Below, one piece after another: positions 17,352 to 23,617 of a stretch of 32,903 nt of DNA. The position numbers and the translations under genes were made by a program. The notes below the pieces were generated by a model that was not told the DNA's origin, did not search any database, and worked only from the letters and a program-made list of their open reading frames with translations. This DNA is from Patescibacteria group bacterium (GTDB lineage: Bacteria; Patescibacteriota; Saccharimonadia; CAILAD01; BJGX01): positions 1 to 32,903 of the forward strand of contig SICB01000002.1 of NCBI GenBank assembly GCA_009691555.1. Reading direction: 5' to 3'. Every line of letters starts with the position of its first letter. Positions within the stretch are counted from its first letter, which is position 1.

Positions 17352-18008
17352 TCATACGTACTGTATAAAAACCCTGAGCTGTAAACGCCTACTCGACGGA
17401 TCAAGCTGATCGCGTCCATGAAGCATTACGAAGTTATCGAACCAGATTGCCTGACCAGCCTTGAGCTTAAAAGACAAAAATCTTTTCTCACTCCGTCGGA
17501 TCAACAGTACCTCGTTGAAGCGTTTGATCGCGGTCACTTGGGAATCATTGAGCTTGTCTAGATTCACGAGGGCGAACGCTGGCAGCCAGTAAACGTGCGG
17601 TGGTCGACCTTCTTCTACGGTCAACAGCGGGAGCCGATCTTCACTGCGTGGCAAGGGTATCTGAACACTTTTCAAGTCCTCAACCTCTAGCAGAGAAAGC
17701 TCTCCCAGTATGTCACGAGTATCAATCAGCAGATTCTCTCCACCACCCAGATTATCCACCTCTTCACAAAACAAGCCCACAACGTTCGCTAGCGGATAAT
17801 CTGTATGAAACGGAACCTCATCCGGTAAGTGGGAGTACCCGGTGTATTTTTCCACCGTTTCTTTGGGTTTGAGGAAAATTTCCCTGGTTTGAGTAACCTT
17901 GCCAAGTTCGTTACAAATTGCCAAGTAGTTTTCCCTGTCGCCGACATCGGCGATAACGTACCTGTTCAGATCGAGACAGCTACGGATATTCAATACGCTA
18001 GGTTTCAT
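17352..18008 (-). CDS. TauD/TfdA-family Fe(II)/2-oxoglutarate-dependent oxygenase
   Basis: The HxD motif is in VPFHTDYP. The distal His and Arg are in FDNFVMLHGRD. I prefer the ATG at 18008 (GAGG 9 nt upstream) over the tracked GTG at 18023. It overlaps the upstream gene by 11 nt. Confidence 0.75.
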   Translation of the reverse strand: MKPSVLNIRSCLDLNRYVIADVGDRENYLAICNELGKVTQTREIFLKPKETVEKYTGYSHLPDEVPFHTDYPLANVVGLFCEEVDNLGGGENLLIDTRDILGELSLLEVEDLKSVQIPLPRSEDRLPLLTVEEGRPPHVYWLPAFALVNLDKLNDSQVTAIKRFNEVLLIRRSEKRFLSFKLKAGQAIWFDNFVMLHGRDQLDPSSRRLQLRVFIQYV

Positions 18009-18498
18009 GATGCACCGCCTCACAGGGTTGATCGAAAAGTCTCGGTTTCTGAAGCTTGACGAGCACTTCGGCTGAGTATCTTACGGAATATTCTTCATAC
18101 CACCTGATCATCGTGTCCTCGCCGACTACTTCGCAGATGTAGTTCAGTTGCAACTCAGTTTCTTCGCGACTGGGTGGTTGGAAGTCGGGTGCGCCCGGGG
18201 AATGATGAATGAAGGTCCCCAGATACTCCTTACAGAATTGCTCGTAGTCGCGCGTATGGAGGACGAAGGTGTGCCAATATTCATCGACAACCACCATCCC
18301 CGAATGGATGACCAGAATACGCGGGATGTCTTCGTGATTTTGCGAGCGATCTTGCTTCAGTCGGGCATTGAGCCATAACCACTTAAGTGCCTCTAAGGCG
18401 ATTTCCTGCGCCTCGGGCAATGAGACCGCATACAATACTCTGAACTGGTTAAGTACTCGGTCGTTCTTATAGTTCAAGGCTTCCTCGAGACTACGCAT
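17998..18498 (-). CDS. hypothetical His-rich protein, possibly DUF1399/GRDP-like
   Basis: I trimmed the start to MRSLEEAL (ATG at 18498, SD AAGGAG 5 nt upstream). The motif VVDEYWHTFVLHTRDYEQFCKEYLGTFIHHSP resembles the D-x2-WH-x-H-x-L-x3-Y-x3-C...HH-P pattern I recall for glycine-rich-domain-containing-protein-like families. That is recollection only. Confidence 0.6.
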   Translation of the reverse strand: MRSLEEALNYKNDRVLNQFRVLYAVSLPEAQEIALEALKWLWLNARLKQDRSQNHEDIPRILVIHSGMVVVDEYWHTFVLHTRDYEQFCKEYLGTFIHHSPGAPDFQPPSREETELQLNYICEVVGEDTMIRWYEEYSVRYSAEVLVKLQKPRLFDQPCEAVHHET

Positions 18499-18549
18499 GT
18501 TCACTCCTTCCTGGAGTTTATTGAGATTGTTAATGTACACTAAAAACAC

Positions 18550-18578
18550 AGATTACCAGAAGGTGACCTTTTTATCAA
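18550..18578 (-). promoter_or_regulatory. sigma70-like promoter for the islet operon, TTGATA-17nt-TAATCT on the minus strand
   Basis: The minus-strand -35 TTGATA is plus-strand tatcaa at 18573-18578 and overlaps the inner end of the right inverted repeat. The -10 TAATCT is plus-strand agatta at 18550-18555. The spacer is 17 nt. Confidence 0.4.
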
Positions 18579-18604
18579 TGACGTGCCAAGTACACACGTT
18601 GGGC
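18577..18604. repeat. right copy of the 28-bp perfect inverted repeat
   Basis: aatgacgtgccaagtacacacgttgggc is the exact reverse complement of 16504-16531. Its outer 5 nt (tgggc, 18600-18604) are already part of the Mur-ligase-tail homology. Confidence 0.9.
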
Positions 18605-18907
18605 GCAATCTGCGCCAAGGGCTCGGACATAATAATACTTAGTAATGTTGACCCCTACGAAGACGATCCTGAAACAATCCTTGCTGATATCGCTGAGGGG
18701 GCGCTTGGGGCTGGTGCCGAAAAAAATAAGAGTATGTTTATTGTCCCCGACCGCCGCGAAGGTATTCGCAAAGCCTTGCAGTTGGCCCAAAAAGACGACT
18801 TGGTGCTAATTACCGGCAAGGGTGCCGAACAGTCGATGGAAATTGGCGGCCAGTCGATAGCTTGGGATGATAGAAAAGTTGTCCGCGAAGAGCTATTGAA
18901 GCTTTAA
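18600..18907 (+). pseudogene. displaced 3' fragment of the Mur ligase gene (about 102 codons)
   Basis: It encodes GAICAKGSDIIILSNVDPYEDDPETILADIAEGALGAGAEKNKSMFIVPDRREGIRKALQLAQKDDLVLITGKGAEQSMEIGGQSIAWDDRKVVREELLKL. That is nearly identical to the C-terminus of the 15084-16406 product. It lacks the ATPase domain. Confidence 0.8.
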
Positions 18908-19776
18908 GTTTTTTTACTCAAATCTCTAACCGCGACCGGGCACAAGCCATTGTGCAACTTATCGCAAGCTTTGCAGCAAATAAATAGCTGGTGACAGTCT
19001 GGCTTGGCGCAGTCGATGTAGCGATCGCTAGATTTTTGACAGTGCGCGCATTGGCCCAGTACTTGCTGGCCACTCTCGGTATCGCCATTGGTTATCATGC
19101 GCTCATCAAACACAAAGTTTTTGCCCTTAAAGTACCCGTCAGGATAGTGCTCGAGGTACTTTGCTATTCCGCCTTCAAGCTGATAAACATCCGTAAAACC
19201 CTCCTCGGCAAGTAGTGCAGTGGCTTTTTCGCAGCGGATCCCCCCGGTGCAGTATGTAACGACTTTTTTGGTTTTATCGATCTTGAGGTTTTTGATTTTT
19301 TTGGGAAGCTCATAAAACTTGACCGTGTCTGGTTGTATCGCACCATCAAACCGCCCAACCTCGTATTCATAATTATTGCGCATATCCACCACCACCATAT
19401 CTTCGCCCTTTTCAAATAGCCGATGCATTGCTTTAGGCGTTAGGTATTGGCCGGTTTTTTTCATATCGACTTTTTTGCCGAGGGTCACTATCTCGGGCCG
19501 ATACTTGACTATCATTTTTGGAAAAGGCATTTTACCAGCCGGGGTACGCTTAAATGCGATGCCTCCAAAGCTCGGGTGGGCGTTCATATACTCGACATAC
19601 TGCCTGAGCTCGGAGCGACTTCCGGCCACGGTACCATTAATTCCCTCTTCACTAATTAAAATACGGCCCTTCAAGCCGATGCCATTACAGACTAGCTTGT
19701 GCTGAGTGGTTTCGAACTTCGGGTCGCTGATATCTACGAATTTATAATAAAGTAGTACAAAAATGTTATTCGACAT
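18904..19776 (-). CDS. trhO: rhodanese-domain protein of the UPF0176/YceA family (tRNA uridine(34) hydroxylase TrhO-like)
   Basis: The N-terminus is VLLYYKFVDISDP. The rhodanese active-site loop is YCTGGIRCEKA. A Cys-rich C-terminal tail is present. Confidence 0.8.
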   Translation of the reverse strand: MSNNIFVLLYYKFVDISDPKFETTQHKLVCNGIGLKGRILISEEGINGTVAGSRSELRQYVEYMNAHPSFGGIAFKRTPAGKMPFPKMIVKYRPEIVTLGKKVDMKKTGQYLTPKAMHRLFEKGEDMVVVDMRNNYEYEVGRFDGAIQPDTVKFYELPKKIKNLKIDKTKKVVTYCTGGIRCEKATALLAEEGFTDVYQLEGGIAKYLEHYPDGYFKGKNFVFDERMITNGDTESGQQVLGQCAHCQKSSDRYIDCAKPDCHQLFICCKACDKLHNGLCPVAVRDLSKKT

Positions 19777-19896
19777 AATCCAAAGATTATAGCAATAAAT
19801 AACTTTTATTTCCAGATAGACCCACTTGCTTTAGATATTGATATCTGGTAAAACTTATAACGATGCTTACGAATATTTCCAACTCAGAGGAGAGGC

Positions 19897-20655
19897 ATGG
19901 CACTAGATTTACAGAACAGGCTGTTCGAACTACCGGATATCAAGCCACCCTGCAATTTCAGGAGGGCTCTACTCAAACTTAGCGGCGAAGCCCTCATGGG
20001 TAGCCAAGAATCTGGCGTCGATGCCGATGTCATCAGAAGATTCGCTCAAGAAATTGTGATTGCTCGTCAGGATCTCGATGTTGAGCTAGCAGTGGTAGTT
20101 GGCGGTGGTAACTTCTGGAGGGGCAAACAGCACCCCGAGATGGACCGTAACCAAGCAGATTTCGCTGGTATGCTCGCAACCGTAATCAACGGCTTGTGCC
20201 TGCAAGATCATCTCGAAAAGCTCAACCAGCCAACTCGAGTTATGTCGGCAATCAGTATGGAAAAGGTTGCCGAGCCCTACATTCGACGGCGTGCCATTAG
20301 GCACCTCGAAAAAGGTCGGGTTGTAATCTTGGCCGGAGGTACGGGCAACCCAACCTTCACTACCGATACTGCAGCTGCACTACGCTCGGTCGAAATCGAA
20401 GCCGAAGTACTGCTGATGGCCAAAAATGGTGTCGATGGAGTTTACTCTACCGACCCCAAAACTAACCCAGACGCAGTTCGCTACAAGGAGCTAAACTACC
20501 TTGATATTATCAATGATGATCTCAAAGTAATGGACCCCACGGCCGCAACCCATGCCATGGAAAACCATCTACCGATTGTTGTTTTCGATGGTTTGCGTGA
20601 AGGTGGCCTCGAGGAAGCCCTCGTCAACCCATATTCGGGAACCGTTATTAAATAG
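19897..20655 (+). CDS. pyrH: UMP kinase
   Basis: Motifs LLKLSGEAL, VVVGGGNFWRG and ILAGGTGNPTFTTDTAAALR. SD GAGGAGAGG lies upstream. Confidence 0.93.
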   Translation: MALDLQNRLFELPDIKPPCNFRRALLKLSGEALMGSQESGVDADVIRRFAQEIVIARQDLDVELAVVVGGGNFWRGKQHPEMDRNQADFAGMLATVINGLCLQDHLEKLNQPTRVMSAISMEKVAEPYIRRRAIRHLEKGRVVILAGGTGNPTFTTDTAAALRSVEIEAEVLLMAKNGVDGVYSTDPKTNPDAVRYKELNYLDIINDDLKVMDPTAATHAMENHLPIVVFDGLREGGLEEALVNPYSGTVIK

Positions 20656-20700
20656 CTCTCTAAAAGAGCCTTACTAGTCGCTTGCAATTACTGCAGGCGA

Positions 20701-21426
20701 TTATTTTATTAGATTCTGCTCTAGCTTGGTGCTGTAGAGGTTGTTCTCGATTAGCCAAGATTGAAAAGATTTGTCTAGTCCAAAAATTACTATCACACCG
20801 ACAATAACAAGTACTATACCCAGACCTCTTTTGAATTTGCCATTAGGATCCTCAAGCCAATTGAGCTTTTTGATGAGTCGTTGTCCAAACATAGTGATTA
20901 GCAGTAAGACCAAGCAAAGCCCCAAAACGTAGGCTAGAATGTAGCTTAGCCCCGTGATGAAACTGGCCGGCAAAACAATCGAAAGTATCAGCAAGTACAC
21001 TGGGCTGCAACTGCTAAAGACTGGGCCGAGGGCGGCGCCAACCAAAACTGCACCCCAAAATCCCTTCTTCTTGTAGCCTTGTCCAAGAGCGAGATTGGAC
21101 TTTTTATAAATACCCAGCTTGGCTTCGATGGCGGTCCATAAATTTGGATAGAGCAAGCTAACACCAAATAAAATTACTATCAGCCCCGATATCAAACTCC
21201 ATATCCAGGCAGGTATTCCCAGTAGCGCGGTGCTGGCTTTTAATAAAAAAGTAAATAGCACAATCGATATAAACAGCGAGCCAATTACAATGTACGGACG
21301 GTTTTTTTCTTTAGACGAGATTGAGCCGCCGACCACAACAGGTATTATCGGCAAGACGCAAGGCGACATAGTAGTCAGGACGCCGGCCAAAAAAGAAATC
21401 AGTAAAAAGCCAAGTGTCTCTGGCAT
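20701..21426 (-). CDS. ccdA: cytochrome c biogenesis / thiol-disulfide electron transporter, CcdA/DsbD family
   Basis: Polytopic membrane protein with the two conserved Cys contexts MSPCVLPIIP and FSSCSPVY. Confidence 0.8.
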   Translation of the reverse strand: MPETLGFLLISFLAGVLTTMSPCVLPIIPVVVGGSISSKEKNRPYIVIGSLFISIVLFTFLLKASTALLGIPAWIWSLISGLIVILFGVSLLYPNLWTAIEAKLGIYKKSNLALGQGYKKKGFWGAVLVGAALGPVFSSCSPVYLLILSIVLPASFITGLSYILAYVLGLCLVLLLITMFGQRLIKKLNWLEDPNGKFKRGLGIVLVIVGVIVIFGLDKSFQSWLIENNLYSTKLEQNLIK

Positions 21427-21932
21427 TATTTAACGATCTGGTCATTAAGCTGGTCAATATTAGAGCTACCGGACCACTTCTTGATCAAATTTCCGTTAGC
21501 ATCAACCTGCACAAAGGTGTGCTGGTAAGTCACACCATACTTCTGTTTTAAGGCAGTGTTTTTATCGTAATCGACACTGGCAATAGTTAGATTTTCGGGT
21601 ATTTGTTGCTTAAGGAAATTGGCATTGGCTGCTTGGCAGGTCGAGCACCACTTGGCATTAAAAAATAACACTACCTGCCCATTTTCGGCTCTTGAGAGAT
21701 CGGATGCCTCGTAGCTTTTATATACCCCTGCAGTCTGATTCGTGGCATTTTGTGAATCCTTTTTGGTCGGACTTGTAGAGGCTGGCGTGGTGCTATCTAT
21801 GCTCTCTGATTTTGAATTTGCCATTAGGATTAAGAGAATAGCGATACCGGCCGCCAGAGATACTACCACTGCCAGCGCAATAAAAGCTATCTTTCTATTC
21901 TTATTGTTTTTACTCATTTTATTGCCTTTCAT
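21426..21932 (-). CDS. membrane-anchored thioredoxin-like protein (TlpA/ResA-like)
   Basis: An N-terminal signal anchor is followed by a thioredoxin fold with WCSTCQ. Its stop overlaps the ccdA start. The likely true start is MSKNNKN at 21917. Confidence 0.75.
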   Translation of the reverse strand: MKGNKMSKNNKNRKIAFIALAVVVSLAAGIAILLILMANSKSESIDSTTPASTSPTKKDSQNATNQTAGVYKSYEASDLSRAENGQVVLFFNAKWCSTCQAANANFLKQQIPENLTIASVDYDKNTALKQKYGVTYQHTFVQVDANGNLIKKWSGSSNIDQLNDQIVK

Positions 21933-21986
21933 ATTATTTATATGGATATATTATAAAATCTTTTTTAGCTCAGGGCTGTTGTGGTG

Positions 21987-22105
21987 ATCGACACTGGCAA
22001 TAGTTAGATTGTCAGGCACCTGTTGCTTAAGGAAATTGGCATTGGCTGCTTGGCATTAAAAAAAACACTAGCTACCCATTTTCGGCTCTTGAGAAATCGG
22101 ATGCC
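21987..22105 (-). pseudogene. decayed remnant of a second thioredoxin-like gene copy
   Basis: It aligns to 21570-21708 of the intact gene with scattered mismatches. It is about 20 nt shorter because the segment encoding WCSTCQ is missing. Confidence 0.6.
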
Positions 22106-22116
22106 CACTCAGTTTT

Positions 22117-22314
22117 CTACTCTTCTACGGGCTGGGGCATGGAATCTGGTGGATTTGGATTGGTAATGGTGGTGGTAGATATGTCTATCTCTTGTGAAGT
22201 TCCTGATTTTGTATTTGATGCCATACTGGAGTAGATGTAGATACCAACTGCCAAAACCGCTACCACTACCAGCACAATAAAGCCGATTTTGCTGTTCTTG
22301 TTATTTTTACTCAT
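22117..22314 (-). CDS. small signal-anchor protein, probably the surviving 5' part of the decayed thioredoxin paralog
   Basis: MSKNNKNSKIGFIVLVVVAVLAVGIYIY parallels MSKNNKNRKIAFIALAVVVSLAAGIAIL of the intact gene. SD AAGGAG lies upstream. Confidence 0.4.
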   Translation of the reverse strand: MSKNNKNSKIGFIVLVVVAVLAVGIYIYSSMASNTKSGTSQEIDISTTTITNPNPPDSMPQPVEE

Positions 22315-22339
22315 TGTATATTCACTCCTTTTTTAAATA

Positions 22340-22615
22340 CTACTTACGCTTTCTCTTTCTGCTAATATATACCACAAAACCCACAATCGCAACAAAATAA
22401 ATTCCGAGCACTAATAGTAGAGCCGAGTCGTTGAGCAGCGCAAAAAATGGCAAGATAAAAAATAGACCAAGCCCCATAATTAGCAGCCCAATAATTACAT
22501 CACCAAATGCTCCGGCTTGGTAATCTTCGTGCGGGGTTTGGTAGGATTGGTTCTCATGCTTCTTTTTGTGTTCGTGCTTGGCGTGGCTGTTTTTGCTCAT
22601 TTTATTGTCTTTCAT
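22340..22615 (-). CDS. small two-TM membrane protein with a His/Lys-rich N-terminus
   Basis: 91 aa with N-terminus MSKNSHAKHEHKKKHENQ, two hydrophobic segments and an RKRKRK tail. It shares the roughly 35-nt start-region module with the thioredoxin-like gene. Confidence 0.5.
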   Translation of the reverse strand: MKDNKMSKNSHAKHEHKKKHENQSYQTPHEDYQAGAFGDVIIGLLIMGLGLFFILPFFALLNDSALLLVLGIYFVAIVGFVVYISRKRKRK

Positions 22616-22637
22616 ATTATTTATTATTAATTATATT

Positions 22638-23606
22638 CTAACTCTTTTTTAGAATTAATTCTATCTTATCGAGTGCCTCTTGGGGCGAGTGAGTCTCCAT
22701 TAGTTTGGCCCGAACTTGGGCCGAACCGTCGAAGCCACTAATATAGAGCTTGAAGAATTTCTTGAGTGGCTCAAACGATTTGCTATCTCCCCAAGTCTTT
22801 TGATAAAGGCCAATATGCTCTACTAGGATTCCTAGCATCTCGGGAAGGCTATGCTGTTTTTGAATTTCGTCGAATACAAATAAATTTTGAAATACTCCCC
22901 GACCAATCATAATTCCATCGACTCCAGTTTGTTTGGCTCTATCACTAGCCTCTGCTCTGGTGAGGACATCGCCATTACCGATTATGACGGTACTAGGCGA
23001 AATCTTATCGCGCAGTGCGACGGCCTTTGTTACTTCATCCCAATGTGCTGGTACTTTGCTCATTTCTTTTTTGGTGCGACCATGCACTATGATGGCATCG
23101 AGCTTTTGTTGCAATAAAAACCCAATCCAGTTTTCGGTATCGATAGTGTTAAACCCAATGCGTGTTTTAACACTAACTGGCACCTTACCACCGGCACCCT
23201 TAATCGTTGCGGCGATCACCTCGCTGGCTAGTTCGGGGTTTTGAATCATCGCACTGCAAGCACCTTTTTTGATCATATCTTTTACGGGACAGCCCATATT
23301 GATATCAATGCCGGCAAAGCCCATGGCGACCAAGTCTTGAGCCATAGTGAAATAGTTGTCAGCGTTAATACCCCAAATCTGTGCAATTACCGGGCCTTCG
23401 CTAGGATTCAAACGCAGCCGCGTCTTAATGGCTTCTTTGCCAGGGCTACAATAGCCGTCGGCATTGGCGAATTCGGTCATCATCAAATCAGCCGGCGCAT
23501 GCTTGGCGACTATTTGTCTAAAAACCGTGTCCGTGACATCGTCCATCGGAGCCAATACGCAAAATGGCTGTTTAGATTTTTTAAGATTTTGCCAGATGTT
23601 ATTCAT
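22638..23606 (-). CDS. dus: tRNA-dihydrouridine synthase
   Basis: Motifs FCVLAPMDDVTDTVFRQ, GIDINMGCP and IVHGRT match the Dus TIM-barrel family. Confidence 0.9.
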   Translation of the reverse strand: MNNIWQNLKKSKQPFCVLAPMDDVTDTVFRQIVAKHAPADLMMTEFANADGYCSPGKEAIKTRLRLNPSEGPVIAQIWGINADNYFTMAQDLVAMGFAGIDINMGCPVKDMIKKGACSAMIQNPELASEVIAATIKGAGGKVPVSVKTRIGFNTIDTENWIGFLLQQKLDAIIVHGRTKKEMSKVPAHWDEVTKAVALRDKISPSTVIIGNGDVLTRAEASDRAKQTGVDGIMIGRGVFQNLFVFDEIQKQHSLPEMLGILVEHIGLYQKTWGDSKSFEPLKKFFKLYISGFDGSAQVRAKLMETHSPQEALDKIELILKKS

Positions 23607-23617
23607 ATATTTTGGAT

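Larger units (their letters stand above)
16093..18599. mobile_element. putative integrated islet (non-autonomous or decayed) at the 3' end of the Mur ligase gene
   Basis: 16093-16387 and 18600-18894 are direct repeats. By my hand alignment they show about 19 mismatches in 295 nt, no gaps, with the first 61 nt identical. A perfect 28-bp inverted repeat brackets the cargo. The cargo genes are unrelated to the neighbours, and one of them is much more AT-rich. Confidence 0.45.

Noticed and set aside
18497-18577. The 5' part of the tracked plus-strand ORF 18497-18907 (MFTPSWSLLRLLMYTKNTDYQKVTFLS)
   Set aside because: It is antisense to the start and promoter region of the islet operon and has no homology to the Mur ligase. 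Only the part from about 18600 onward is real coding-derived sequence, the displaced gene tail.
16407-18599. Expectation of an integrase, transposase or excisionase gene in or beside the islet
   Set aside because: None of the ORFs in or near the islet, in any frame, shows recombinase-like motifs. No tyrosine recombinase R..H..R..Y pattern, DDE signatures or serine recombinase N-terminus were seen. The element is therefore described as non-autonomous or decayed rather than as a typed transposon or ICE.
19812-19848. Palindrome agatat-tg-atatct and the flanking ccagata/tatctgg inverted repeat upstream of pyrH, as a possible operator
   Set aside because: The arms are short (6-7 bp) and AT-rich, in an AT-rich promoter region. 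This is easily a chance occurrence, and there is no adjacent regulator gene to tie it to.
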